Shown: one piece after another, positions 9,145 through 19,045 of the stretch | Position numbering within the stretch: the stretch's first letter is position 1 | Layout of the letters: the number at the start of each line of letters is the position of its first letter | IMG/VR virus record: IMGVR_UViG_3300048861_000118 | Coordinates: 1-35,588 of that record | Length of the DNA: 35,588 nt | From: a virus | Taxonomy: Duplodnaviria; Caudoviricetes | Strand: one strand, 5' to 3' | The notes under the pieces: model-generated | What the model was told of the DNA's origin: nothing | Database searches by the model: none | Seen by the model: the letters and a program-made list of their open reading frames with translations, nothing else | Made by a program: the position numbers and the translations under genes

Positions 9145-9870
9145 ATGAACGCTCGCTCCCTGTTCGAGATCGCCACCAACGCAGCCGCCCAACAGGGGCA
9201 GCGCGAGAAGGGCCAGCCCGTCCGGCGCCACAGCTATTTCCCCGACGATCGCCGCGCGCTCGCCATGTGGAAGCCGCTCGACAAGAAGGTGGCGACGGTC
9301 GCGGAACGCCTGACAGCGGCCGAGCGCTACGATCGCGACATGCGCAAGCAGGGCGAGCGAATGGGGCCGCTCGGTGAGATCGGGCTGGCGGTCTACCGCG
9401 TCATGCATTTCTTGATCGACAAGAAGGGGCGCCTCGATCCCGCGATCGACTATATCGCCGCCAAGATCCGGCGCAGCCGTAAAGCCGTGGTGGCCGCGCT
9501 CGCCCGCCTCAAGGAGCATGGCTTTCTTGATTGGGTCCGCCGCGCCGAGCCCGTCGACGAGGCGCAGCAGGGCGAGAAGGGGCCGCAGGTGAAGCAGATC
9601 TCCAACGCCTATGTGCTGAAGATCCCCAAGCTCGCCATGGACTTCATTCGCGGCCGCAAGGGGCCGGCGGCCCCGGTCTGCGAAGAGGACCGGCGCGCTG
9701 CGCACAAGGAGGAGAAGGAGGAGATGCTGGACAGCCTGCCTCTGGCTGAACTCCCCGGCGCACTTGTTGAGAATGACTCGCTTCGGGAAATTCTCGGGCG
9801 AATGGGGGCATCTCTCTCTGTGTCTAACGCGAATTCCCCGAGGGGCCAGATACAGGGCCATAGGGGTTAA
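9145..9870 (+). CDS. Winged-HTH protein resembling small-plasmid replication initiators, in the position of P2 gpA
   Basis: GRLDPAIDYIAAKIRRSRKAVVAALARLKEHGFLDWVRR...QISNAY wHTH; last gene of early operon before cos. Confidence 0.65.
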   Translation: MNARSLFEIATNAAAQQGQREKGQPVRRHSYFPDDRRALAMWKPLDKKVATVAERLTAAERYDRDMRKQGERMGPLGEIGLAVYRVMHFLIDKKGRLDPAIDYIAAKIRRSRKAVVAALARLKEHGFLDWVRRAEPVDEAQQGEKGPQVKQISNAYVLKIPKLAMDFIRGRKGPAAPVCEEDRRAAHKEEKEEMLDSLPLAELPGALVENDSLREILGRMGASLSVSNANSPRGQIQGHRG

Positions 9871-10173
9871 GAATAAGAGGAGCGGCTAGACGCCGCGCGC
9901 TTTGCTCCATCATCGCACCGCCAAGGCCATCGCCGCCGCACCAAGCAGTGCTGGTGGACGCCCCGGCTGCGCCGGGTCGGGTGCTCCCAGGGGGAGCTGG
10001 CGGCGAAGCCTCGCCCGGCCGCAAGCGCTATTCTCGGACAAGCGCTGAAAAGGCACCTTCAGGTGCATCAAACCGCATCGGCCGCAGGCCCCACCTCCCG
10101 CCAAATAGGCCCTGTGGGACCGGGGCCGCATCAGACCGCTAAATCGCATCAAAAGCGCCTCGGAAAGTGCGCG

Positions 10174-10196
10174 GGCGAGGAGGGGGGAAAAGCGCG
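10174..10196 (+). other. Putative cohesive end (cos) site, P2-type
   Basis: GGCGAGGAGGGGGGAAAAGCGCG resembles P2 cos GGCGAGGCGGGGAAAGCAC; located downstream of portal as in P2. Confidence 0.7.
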
Positions 10197-10504
10197 CGAT
10201 TTGGGGGCGTATCTCGACTGCCGCCGCGCCGACGCTGGGCCGCCTGCGGGGGCGCGAGAGGGCCGACAGGCTTCCGCGTGCGTCGGGAAGGCCCCCGCCG
10301 CCGAGGCGCTGAGCGGGCCGCATATCGCGATCTAGGGGTATGCCGATAAATAGACCGGCGGCGCGGGCGGCGAGATAGGCCAGCCGCGCGCCGAGAGGCC
10401 GAGGTGGGCTAGATCCTGCGGCTCGGCCGGCGACTGGTCCACCCGCCGCGCGATTGATCACGCCGCGCCCTGCCGGAGCGGATCACCCCGGCCGACGTTC
10501 TGTC

Positions 10505-10738
10505 ATGATGACCGCGACCGAAATGCGCGCGTACCTCGTCGAGCTGCTGGCCGGCGCCGCCGGCGGCGACCCGGCACGCTGGGACCGATGCGTCGGCCGC
10601 GTCGCTTGGCACCCGCTCGGCGCGAACCCTCATCCGAATTGGTCGATCGCCCCGACCGGCACCCGCAAAGAGATCGACGCGATCCGACAGGCCGAAGCTC
10701 TGGTGCGTGACCATCACCGCTTCGTCATCGGGGATTGA
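10505..10738 (+). CDS. Hypothetical protein between cos and portal
   Basis: 77 aa ORF with GC3-rich codons in a P2 moron position. Confidence 0.6.
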   Translation: MMTATEMRAYLVELLAGAAGGDPARWDRCVGRVAWHPLGANPHPNWSIAPTGTRKEIDAIRQAEALVRDHHRFVIGD

Positions 10739-10975
10739 GGCCGGCGCGGCCGGCGGCGCTAGAAGTCGATCTGTCGCCTGCTCATCTCGGCCGCCAGCTC
10801 GTCTGTCCGCTCGGTGTCGACTTCGCAGTCGAGGCACTCCCACTCGCGGCGAAGCCCTTGATCCGTCATCTCGGCCGGCGGCTTGGGCTGGTCCATGACG
10901 GAGAAACGCGCCAGCGGCCGAATGGTCCCGGCGTCTGGGGGGCGGGAGCGCCGTCCAGGCGGCCCGCCCCTACCC

Positions 10976-12013
10976 TCACTTCTTCGGCAGCGCCTCGGTC
11001 ATCGGCTCGAACATGATCGCCTCCACCCCGAGCTGGTCGTTGATGTCGAGCAGCGCGTTCTGCAACGCGAGGATCTCGGACCGCTTGAACGCATCGAGCG
11101 CGACGCTCACGTCGCCGAAGCCGCCGGCGTTGGTCGGCACGATTCCGAGGAGCTGGGGCGGCGTGCGATGGGCGGCCAGTACGTCGTCGCGGGTGACGTT
11201 CTTGATGCCGAGAAACTCGTCCTTGGCGCCCACCTCGGTCACCGGGATGATCTTGAGCCCGCTCTCCTTGCCCGAAGGCGTGTGCACGAACATGTTGCGG
11301 AAATTGCCCGGCCCCTTCGACTGCCGGAGCGACTCCTTGATCGCCTCGATATCGCCATCGCCGAAATCTCCCGTCGCATAGAGAATGTAGCCGGCGTGGC
11401 TTCCATTCTCGTAATAGCGGCGGCGGAACAGGGTGGCGGCCTCGTTGAGCAGCGCCGATTGCAGGGCGCTCAGATAATCGGGGACGCCGTAAATCTCCTG
11501 ATTGATGTCGGGCGCCCGCACCTGCACGATCGATCCGGGCGCGAATTGCTCCTCCTTCTTGTACCCGGTGACGAACCAATAGTCGCCATCGGCCAGTCCG
11601 CGCCGCGTATATTTGGCCAGCGCATGATCTAGCCGCAGCAACCCGCCCAGCCGGTTCGTCCGCCGCTCAAGATACGCATTGCCGAAGACGAGATAGTCCT
11701 GCGCCGCCGCCGCGAACGCCTGCCGGCTCAACCACTTCGACGGCTTGAACGAGCTGCTGAGCAGCCGCACCTTCAGCTGGATCGCGGATCCATGGTGCGG
11801 CGAGGAGCGAAACACGCGCGCCAGCCCCTCAAGCGGGATCGGCGGCTCCCACCAGCGGCCGTTATGGTAGCACTCGCACAGATCCATCACGTCGCGCCGC
11901 GACATGACCGGCTCCGGATCTCCGAACGAGAATATCTCGGCCGAGCCGGTCCGCACGCCGATCTGCACGGGGTCGGGCTCGATCGGCGCCGGGCTGCTGT
12001 CGACAACAAGCAT
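10976..12013 (-). CDS. Portal protein, PBSX/P2 gpQ family
   Basis: FSFGDPEPV, DINQEIYGVPDYLSALQSALLNEAATLFRRRYYENGSHAGYI, KGPGNFRN motifs. Confidence 0.96.
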   Translation of the reverse strand: MLVVDSSPAPIEPDPVQIGVRTGSAEIFSFGDPEPVMSRRDVMDLCECYHNGRWWEPPIPLEGLARVFRSSPHHGSAIQLKVRLLSSSFKPSKWLSRQAFAAAAQDYLVFGNAYLERRTNRLGGLLRLDHALAKYTRRGLADGDYWFVTGYKKEEQFAPGSIVQVRAPDINQEIYGVPDYLSALQSALLNEAATLFRRRYYENGSHAGYILYATGDFGDGDIEAIKESLRQSKGPGNFRNMFVHTPSGKESGLKIIPVTEVGAKDEFLGIKNVTRDDVLAAHRTPPQLLGIVPTNAGGFGDVSVALDAFKRSEILALQNALLDINDQLGVEAIMFEPMTEALPKK

Positions 12014-13858
12014 TTACAGGATCTCCATGGAGCCCTTCGGCTTTTCCTTGCCGTCGAGCGGTTCGTTGATGAGGATGTGCATGGTCGCCCAGGCGAGATC
12101 GGCGTGGCCCTCGCTACCGCCCCGGCCAGCCTTAAAGGTGACGTTACGGCCGCTGGTGGTGAGCGTCTTCTTGATGCTGATGAAAGAAGAAATGATATCG
12201 ACCCAGCCGCTATCGAACGCAATCCGGCCAGTGCGGATGACGTTTTGCGCCTTCATAATCATCTGCGCCTTGGTTTCTAGAGAGTATTCGATCTTCACGA
12301 CGCCTTTCACGCCGCTGTCAGCTTTGGCCAATAGCTGGTAAACACCGGAGCCTGCACCCGTCTTGTCGATACCAAGGTAAGTGCAGTTGTAGCGCTTCAG
12401 GATGCCCTTAATGAATTCGGCCTGCTGCTGGTAATCAAGGCCACGCAGCTGGTGGCGTTCCAGCAGCCGGAACGAGCCGCCCTGCTCGGTCGGCGGCGCC
12501 GCAATGACCAGCGCCGCGTTGTCGCCTTCGGGGCTTTCCTGCGGGTCGTAACCCGCCCAGACCGGGCGATTGCCATAGGGTCGCGGCGCGTCGGGATCGA
12601 CGTCGATCCAATCGACCAGGCTGTCACACCCGGCGTTGACGAGATCATTGAACTTGAAGGCCGACAGGCTGTCGTCGACGAAATCGCACTCGAACAGGTT
12701 GGCGAATTCGTCTGGCGCATATTCGTCCTTCAGCTCCTCGATGTCGAACAGATCGCAGCCGGCCGCCTCGGCATCGTGGACGGTGACGATGTGGCGCCAA
12801 ATTCGGTCAGGCCCCACCGAGCCGGCGGCAAGCGCGGCATGGCTCACGTCGATCTTGATCTGGTCTTCCTTCTTCCGACGCCGGTTCCGCCGCTCACCGG
12901 TCCAGTAAGGATAGGCCTCGTGCGCCACGGTGGACGGTGTCGAAAAATAGGTCTTCCGCCATTTCTTGTGGGTCGCCATGCCGGACGCGACCTTGTTCAA
13001 CTTCTCGAAGCTGTGGACCCAGAAGAATTCGTCAAAGTAAAAGTTGCCGTGGTAACTCTGCGCGGTGTTGGAATTGGTTCCGAGAAAAATGATCTCAGCC
13101 GCCGCTTCGTCCGTGGGGCGCAGCTCGCTGGTGATGCGCATCGGGTCGCCGGTGAGGACGACACCCACCATCTTCGCAAAGCCGATCATGTAGCTCTTGA
13201 ACTGGTGGGCCTGCGCCTTCGAGGCTGACAGGAAGATCTGGTTCCGGCCGGTCTCGATCGCGTCGATCAGCGCCTCGAACGCGAAGTAATAGGTCGCGCC
13301 GATCTGGCGTGACTTCAGGATATATCGCGTGCGCCGATGAAGATTGGCTAGCCACGTTTCCTGATAGCCATAGAGCTGGCTCTCGAAGATGCGGCGCAGC
13401 TCGGCCGCCTGTTCGGCGGTGAAGTGGTTCTTCTTCGCGGCCTTGCGCGGGCCGGCATTCCGGTTGGCGACCTTCTCGTTCAGATCGCCTTCGTGGCCGC
13501 CCGGCTCCTCGAACCGGCGGACGCGGGCCAGCGTCGCGATCTGGCGGCCGAGGAGGTCGATCTCCTTGTAGTCGGCGGGGCTCTTCTTCTCCTTCAGGAC
13601 GAGTGCCTGCCAGCGCACCTCCAGCGCGTCTTCCATGCGCCGGATCATCGGCGCGTCGTCCCACCCCTCCCGTTGCTTCCAGCTTTCGATAGTGGCGCGC
13701 GGGTACGGCTTGCCCTTGTCGTTGAGGACGCCGAGCTGCTCCAGTTCGTCGGCGATCTCGGTGACGCCCCAGCCCAGCCAGAACAGGCTGCGCGCCCGCC
13801 GGCGCGGGTCGAGCAGGCGGGGCATCAGCGGCGGGATGACGGGGTCGGCACGATCCAT
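12014..13858 (-). CDS. Terminase ATPase subunit, P2 gpP family
   Basis: ILKSRQIGATYYFA, GRNQIFLSASKAQA, YFDEFFW, GHADLAWA motifs. Confidence 0.96.
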   Translation of the reverse strand: MDRADPVIPPLMPRLLDPRRRARSLFWLGWGVTEIADELEQLGVLNDKGKPYPRATIESWKQREGWDDAPMIRRMEDALEVRWQALVLKEKKSPADYKEIDLLGRQIATLARVRRFEEPGGHEGDLNEKVANRNAGPRKAAKKNHFTAEQAAELRRIFESQLYGYQETWLANLHRRTRYILKSRQIGATYYFAFEALIDAIETGRNQIFLSASKAQAHQFKSYMIGFAKMVGVVLTGDPMRITSELRPTDEAAAEIIFLGTNSNTAQSYHGNFYFDEFFWVHSFEKLNKVASGMATHKKWRKTYFSTPSTVAHEAYPYWTGERRNRRRKKEDQIKIDVSHAALAAGSVGPDRIWRHIVTVHDAEAAGCDLFDIEELKDEYAPDEFANLFECDFVDDSLSAFKFNDLVNAGCDSLVDWIDVDPDAPRPYGNRPVWAGYDPQESPEGDNAALVIAAPPTEQGGSFRLLERHQLRGLDYQQQAEFIKGILKRYNCTYLGIDKTGAGSGVYQLLAKADSGVKGVVKIEYSLETKAQMIMKAQNVIRTGRIAFDSGWVDIISSFISIKKTLTTSGRNVTFKAGRGGSEGHADLAWATMHILINEPLDGKEKPKGSMEIL

Positions 13859-13904
13859 GCCGGAAATCACTAGGCATGGCCCGCGCGCGCGCGAGATGCT
13901 GGAT

Positions 13905-13925
13905 TTGTAGAGAGTGCCCCTACAA
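13905..13925. promoter_or_regulatory. Late-promoter activator site (Ogr-type dyad) between divergent P and O genes
   Basis: TTGTAGAGAGTGCCCCTACAA, TGT-N13-ACA; near-identical copies at 28232 and 34071. Confidence 0.72.
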
Positions 13926-14019
13926 GGCGAGCGCGTTGAGAGAGGAAGTCAATCCGAGGATTGGTCGAGCGGTCAAGTGCAAGTCCGCAGCATCAATTCT
14001 ACAGGGACCGTCCTCTCCC

Positions 14020-14841
14020 ATGACTAAAAGCAAGTTCTTCCGCGCTTTCGTCGAGGGTTCGACCGTCAGCGACGGCCGCAAGATCACCCGCGAGATGATC
14101 GACCAGATCGCCGAGACGTTCAGCACGGACGCCTATACGCCGCGCATCAACATCGAGCATCTGAAGGGCTACAGCCCGGAGCCGCCGTTCAATGGCTACG
14201 GCAGCGTGATCGCGGTCAAGGCGCAGGACGACGAGATCACGATCGCCGGCGAGAAGAAGACCGTCCGCGCTCTCTACGCGCAGGTCGACGGCAACGATCA
14301 GCTGGTGAAGCTGCGCAAGCCCGGCACCGACCAGAAGCCGTTCCCGTCCGTCGAGCTGACCGATTCCTATGCCGGCTCCGGCAAGGTCGGCATGATCGGT
14401 CTCGCCTTCACCGACACGCCGGCGTCGCTCGGTACGCAGGCGCTCCAGTTCTCGCGCTCGACGCCGGGATCGGTGTTCGCGGCCGGCGACGAAGCGGTCG
14501 AGCTGGAATTCGAAGATGTCACCGCCGACCAGGCCGGCTTCCTCCGTTCGGTCAAGGGCATGATGGATGCCTTCTCCGCGCGCTTCGCCAAGCCGGAAGA
14601 GCCGAAGGTGGAGACGCCCCCGGCCGCGCCCGCAGGCTTCGACATGGCGGCCTTCAGCCGCGAGGTTGGCACGCTGATCACCGGCGCGATCGGCGCCTAT
14701 GCGACCGCCAACGACGCGGCGCTGGCCGCGCTGCGGACGGACTTCACCAACCTCAAGACCCAGCTCGAAACCACCGAGGACAAGAGCTTCCGCCGGTCGC
14801 CCGCCTCGGGCGGCGAGGGCCGGATCCTCACCGACTGCTGA
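14020..14841 (+). CDS. Capsid scaffolding protein/protease, P2 gpO family
   Basis: SKFFRAFVEGSTVSDGRKI...INIEH...GLAFTDTPASLGT; ends LTDC. Confidence 0.94.
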   Translation: MTKSKFFRAFVEGSTVSDGRKITREMIDQIAETFSTDAYTPRINIEHLKGYSPEPPFNGYGSVIAVKAQDDEITIAGEKKTVRALYAQVDGNDQLVKLRKPGTDQKPFPSVELTDSYAGSGKVGMIGLAFTDTPASLGTQALQFSRSTPGSVFAAGDEAVELEFEDVTADQAGFLRSVKGMMDAFSARFAKPEEPKVETPPAAPAGFDMAAFSREVGTLITGAIGAYATANDAALAALRTDFTNLKTQLETTEDKSFRRSPASGGEGRILTDC

Positions 14842-14889
14842 TCGGCCGTCCCCTCTCCTCGCCTGCCCCCCATCGGAGCCTGTCCCTAA

Positions 14890-15921
14890 ATGCGTAACGA
14901 AACCCGTCTCCAGTATAACCAGCTTCTGCGCCGCATTGCGGAGCTGAACGGCGTGGAGGACGCCAGCAAGTCCTTCTCCGTCGACCCGTCGATCACCCAG
15001 AAGCTGGTGGAGCGCCTCGGGCAGTCCAGCGACTTCATGAGCCGGATCAACGTGATCCCGGTGAAGGAGCAGGAGGGCGAAAAGCTCGGCATCGGTGCCA
15101 CCCGCCCCATCGCCAGCCGTACCGACACGTCCAAGGCGGGTAGCACCGGACGCACGCCCATCGATCCGACCGACAATGCCAGCCTGAACCGCTACCGCTG
15201 CGAGAAGACCAACTCGGACACGGCGATTAAATATGTACGGCTCGACGCCTGGGCGCATCGGCCGGAGTTCCAGACCCTCGTCCGCGATGCGATCCTCGCG
15301 CAGAAGGCGCGCGACGCGATCATGATCGGCTTCAACGGCGTGAAGGTCGCGGCCGAAACCAGCCTCACCAACTATCCGCTGCTTCAGGATGTCAACATCG
15401 GCTGGCTGGAACAGATCCGGAAGAGCGCGCCGGATCGCGTCCTGTCGGAAGGCGAGAAGGAGGAGGGCAAGATCCTCATCCGCGCGGCCGGCGGCGGCGA
15501 CTATGTCAATCTCGACGCGCTGGTCTACGACGGCATCGAGTTGCTCGACGAGTGGCACCGCGATGCGACCGATCTGGTCGCTGTCGTCGGCCGCGATCTG
15601 GTCCACGACAAGTATTTCCGCATCGTCAATGCCTCCGGTGACGATCCGGTCAAGCAGATGGCGCGTGACGTGATCCTTTCGTCCAAGCAGATCGGCGGCC
15701 TGCCGGCGGTGCGCGTGCCCTTCTTCCTGCCGAAAAGCTTGATGATCACCTCGCTCAGCAACCTGTCGCTCTATGTGCAGGAAGGCAGCCAGCGCCGCTT
15801 CCTTCAGGAAGAGCCCAAGTTCGATCAGGTGGCCAACTACGAGAGCGAGAACGACGCCTTCGTGGTCGAGGACTTCGGCAAGGCCGCCCTGTTCGAGAAC
15901 ATCGACACCGAGCGCGCCTGA
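14890..15921 (+). CDS. Major capsid protein, P2 gpN family
   Basis: MRNETR, IGFNG...PLLQDVNIGWL, VRVPFF, YESENDAFVVED motifs. Confidence 0.96.
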   Translation: MRNETRLQYNQLLRRIAELNGVEDASKSFSVDPSITQKLVERLGQSSDFMSRINVIPVKEQEGEKLGIGATRPIASRTDTSKAGSTGRTPIDPTDNASLNRYRCEKTNSDTAIKYVRLDAWAHRPEFQTLVRDAILAQKARDAIMIGFNGVKVAAETSLTNYPLLQDVNIGWLEQIRKSAPDRVLSEGEKEEGKILIRAAGGGDYVNLDALVYDGIELLDEWHRDATDLVAVVGRDLVHDKYFRIVNASGDDPVKQMARDVILSSKQIGGLPAVRVPFFLPKSLMITSLSNLSLYVQEGSQRRFLQEEPKFDQVANYESENDAFVVEDFGKAALFENIDTERA

Positions 15922-15982
15922 TCGCGCGGGGCCGCGTCTCCGGGCGCGGCCTTCCACTCCTTTCCACAGAGACAAGATCACC

Positions 15983-16804
15983 ATGAGCCTGATCCGCAAG
16001 CATCGCGAGCGCATCCTTGCTGCCCAAACTGTCGTGAATGGCGACGCGGCAGGCCATGGTGCGTCGGGCGGGCAGTCCTTGCCCTCTCCCCTGCCCGCCC
16101 GGCACCCTTCCCGTGCCGACACCGCCGCCAAAACCATGAAGGTGCGGCTCACCCACGATCTGCGCCGTCTGAAGGAAATCCAGTCGATCGAGCGCAAGAT
16201 CATCGCCAAGCGCGAGATGTTGCCCGAATATGCGGCGTGGATCGAAGGGCTACTCGCCGCCGGCGATGTTGCCCCCGGCGACGAAGTTTTGCCGACCATC
16301 ATGATCTGGCGCGTCGACACCAGCGACTTTGCCGGCGCTATGCCCCTCGTCCGCCATGTGCTGCGCCACGACGTGCCCCTGCCCGCTCGCTACGAACGCA
16401 CCGCGCCGGCGTTGATCGTCGAGGAGATCGCGATCGCCGCCCTCAAGATGCAGGGTGCCGGCGAAATCTTCCCCCTCGATGTCCTCGAGGAGCTCGAGGA
16501 GCTGACCGGCGACCAGGACATGCACGACGAGATCCGCGCCAAGCTGCACAAGGCGATCGGCGTGGAGATGATGCGCCTGGTCGGAAACGCCGGCGACGAT
16601 AAGGCCGCCGCGATCGCGCGGGCCAACGCTCAGCTCAGCCGCGCCCACGCGCTCCATGAGCGCGTCGGCGTCACCGTCATGCTGCGCCAGCTCGCCCGCG
16701 CGCAGGCCGAGCTGGAGAAGCCCGCCGCCGCCGATCCCAAGCCCGCGCAGGCGGCGCCGAAGCGCGCGCAGGCGAAGAAGAAACCCGCCGGCGCTGCCGG
16801 CTAA
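15983..16804 (+). CDS. Terminase small (endonuclease) subunit, P2 gpM family
   Basis: LKEIQSIERKI..KRE.LPEY, IMIWRVD, DMHDEIRAKLHKAIG motifs. Confidence 0.92.
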   Translation: MSLIRKHRERILAAQTVVNGDAAGHGASGGQSLPSPLPARHPSRADTAAKTMKVRLTHDLRRLKEIQSIERKIIAKREMLPEYAAWIEGLLAAGDVAPGDEVLPTIMIWRVDTSDFAGAMPLVRHVLRHDVPLPARYERTAPALIVEEIAIAALKMQGAGEIFPLDVLEELEELTGDQDMHDEIRAKLHKAIGVEMMRLVGNAGDDKAAAIARANAQLSRAHALHERVGVTVMLRQLARAQAELEKPAAADPKPAQAAPKRAQAKKKPAGAAG

Positions 16805-16915
16805 CCCGCTCGCCCCCCGGCGCTCGGGGGCAGATCGCCGCCGGCGGGACCGGATCTCTGATCCGCTGGCCGCCCCAGCACCGATCTCCACCCCCGATTT
16901 CATCTGGAGCCGCCC

Positions 16916-17425
16916 GTGACCACCACCATCATCCCCGCATGGCCGCAGCGTGCCAACGAGGACGGCGGCGCGGACACCCCCTCCCCGCCTGCCGATGGCC
17001 CGAAGATCCGCAACGACGGCTGGTTCCCCGACATCGACCCGGCCGCGCTGCGTCTGCGCTACCGCATTCGGCAGGACGTGACGGCCGAGCGGCTCCGCGA
17101 AGCGATCCTCGGCGGGATCATGCTGGTGGGCATCGAGCTGGCAGGCTGGCAGGCCAAGCGTTTGGCCGAGGGCGCCGCGCGGCTGGAGGACGTCTCCCCG
17201 CGCGAGCTGGACGGGGAGAACCGTCTCGCGCTGCTCTACCGCCGCGCTGTGGCGTCCGAGGCGCGGGCGCTGCTGATCGAAGGGTATCGGGACTCCGATC
17301 TGACCGGCAAGGGCGATCGCGCGGTCGCGGATCTCGATCCGTCGATCGGCGAGCTGCGCCGCGATCGCATCCACTCCGTCCGCGACATCATGGGCAAGCT
17401 GCGCACCACGGTCGAGCTGCTCTGA
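16916..17425 (+). CDS. Head completion/stabilisation protein, P2 gpL family
   Basis: IRNDGWFPDID, LYRRAV, YRDSDLTGKG, C-term TTVELL. Confidence 0.92.
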   Translation: MTTTIIPAWPQRANEDGGADTPSPPADGPKIRNDGWFPDIDPAALRLRYRIRQDVTAERLREAILGGIMLVGIELAGWQAKRLAEGAARLEDVSPRELDGENRLALLYRRAVASEARALLIEGYRDSDLTGKGDRAVADLDPSIGELRRDRIHSVRDIMGKLRTTVELL

Positions 17426-17643
17426 TGGTCGATCGGGTTTTGCAGTCGAGGCAGGGCGATACGGTCGATGGTCTGCTGTGGCGCGAGATGCGTCTCGGCC
17501 CGCAGGATCTCGGCCCGATCTTCGACGCCAACCCCGGCCTCGCCCAGCTCGGCCCCGTCCTCCCCCTTGGCACCGCCGTGCGCGTGCCGATCACTACCAC
17601 CGCCGCCCCGACCATCCTCCCCCTCATCCAGATCTGGGACTGA
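17425..17643 (+). CDS. Tail protein X (P2 gpX)
   Basis: QGDTVDGLLWR...DANPGLAQLGPVLPLGTAV..P, ends IQIWD. Confidence 0.92.
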   Translation: MVDRVLQSRQGDTVDGLLWREMRLGPQDLGPIFDANPGLAQLGPVLPLGTAVRVPITTTAAPTILPLIQIWD

Positions 17644-17673
17644 CATGACGCACAACCACAGCGGCGAAGCCGC

Positions 17674-18024
17674 ATGAGCAAGCCCCTCGACGAAATCGTC
17701 CACGCGCTCGGGGCATTCATCGCCGCGCTCGCTCCCGCCGCGATCGGCTCGGCCGTGGCGCAGGCGTGGGAAGATGGCCTGAGCTGGTCGCAGCGCGTCG
17801 TTCAGTGGGCGGTCGGCATCTGCGTCTCGTATTACGTGACGGGCGGCCTGGACGCGTGGTTGCACCTCGACCGGTTCGTCACCCAGTCGATCAGCTTCGT
17901 GCTGGCGATGGTGGCCTTCAAGGCCACCCCGAAATTCACCGAGGCTGTCGTGCAGCTCGCCGGCTCGATCCCGGCCGCGATCGCGCAGCGCGTGGGCCTC
18001 GCCAAGCAGGAGGACAGCCAGTGA
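17674..18024 (+). CDS. Putative holin
   Basis: 116 aa with about three hydrophobic helices, directly upstream of endolysin. Confidence 0.75.
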   Translation: MSKPLDEIVHALGAFIAALAPAAIGSAVAQAWEDGLSWSQRVVQWAVGICVSYYVTGGLDAWLHLDRFVTQSISFVLAMVAFKATPKFTEAVVQLAGSIPAAIAQRVGLAKQEDSQ

Positions 18025-18575
18025 AGAGCGACACCCAGCTCATCAATGAGGTGATCGCGCGCGAGGGCGATTATGTGAACCACGCCGCCGATCGCGGCGG
18101 GCCGACGCGCTATGGGATCACCCAAGCCGTCGCACGCGCCGACGGCTACACTGGCGACATGCGCGTGTTCCCGATCGAGCGCGCGCGCGCGATCTACCGT
18201 CGTCAGTACTGGACGGGGCCTCGCTTCGATCTGGTCGCGGCGATCGCGCCGCGTGTCGCAGCCGAGCTGTTCGATACCGGCGTGAACATGGGGCCAAAGG
18301 CCGCGATCAAGTTCTTGCAGCGGTCGCTGAACAACCTTCAGGGGAGCGGCCTCGACGTGGACGGCGGCATCTCGGCGGACGGCGCCACGCTGAAGGCGCT
18401 GAAGGCCTATATGGCCGCGCGCGGCCAGCAGGACGGCGAGCTGGTGTTGGTGGAAGCGCAGAACAATCTGCAAGGCGTCCGCTATCAGGAAATCGTCGAG
18501 GCCGATCCCTCGCAGCGCGCCTTCGTGTTCGGCCAGATCCGCTACCGCGTGATGGACCGGAGCGCGTCGGCATGA
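18021..18575 (+). CDS. Endolysin, glycosyl hydrolase family 108 with PG-binding C-term
   Basis: REGDYVNHAADRGGPTRYGIT, ELFDTGVNMG, LQRSLN motifs. Confidence 0.92.
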   Translation: MKSDTQLINEVIAREGDYVNHAADRGGPTRYGITQAVARADGYTGDMRVFPIERARAIYRRQYWTGPRFDLVAAIAPRVAAELFDTGVNMGPKAAIKFLQRSLNNLQGSGLDVDGGISADGATLKALKAYMAARGQQDGELVLVEAQNNLQGVRYQEIVEADPSQRAFVFGQIRYRVMDRSASA

Positions 18576-19045
18576 TCGCGATCGCGAAGCGTGTGATCGG
18601 ATGGATCACCGGCGAGCGCAGCTACATTGCCTTCCTCGCCGTCGCGGTCGCTGCCGCCGCGCTCTACGCGTGGGGCGCCCTCGGCCGCGCTGATCGCGAC
18701 AAGCTGGTCGCGTGGGGCAACACCGTCTGCGCATCGGCTGGCGCCGAGCTGGCGCCGGCGAAGGGCGCGCGCGGCGAGGCCTGCCGTGCCCGCGTCGCGG
18801 ACCTCGCCAGATACGAACGCGATGTGTCGGCCGAGACGGCGCGGATCCTCGCCGACGCCGCCAAAGATCGGGAAGCCAAGGCCACGCGCGACGCCGATCG
18901 CGCCCGCCAGATCGCCGCCGACGCACGCGCGGCAGCAGAAGCCATGGAGAAAGCAAATGCGAACATCGGTACGGATAATCGGGTTGGTGGGGATTGGTTT
19001 GGCGCTCTCAACCGCCTTGCTGGGCTGCGCGCACCCGGCCGCTGA
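18572..19045 (+). CDS. Putative i-spanin (Rz-like)
   Basis: N-terminal TM helix, Ala-rich coiled coil, follows endolysin. Confidence 0.7.
   Translation: MIAIAKRVIGWITGERSYIAFLAVAVAAAALYAWGALGRADRDKLVAWGNTVCASAGAELAPAKGARGEACRARVADLARYERDVSAETARILADAAKDREAKATRDADRARQIAADARAAAEAMEKANANIGTDNRVGGDWFGALNRLAGLRAPGR

Noticed and set aside
10497-10511. Possible third LexA box before the 77-aa ORF
   Set aside because: Only one GTTC half; second half reads ATGA
13999-16320. 773-aa minus-strand ORF and many other long overlapping ORFs
   Set aside because: Antisense shadows of well-supported GC-rich phage genes (O, N, M etc.); no recognisable motifs
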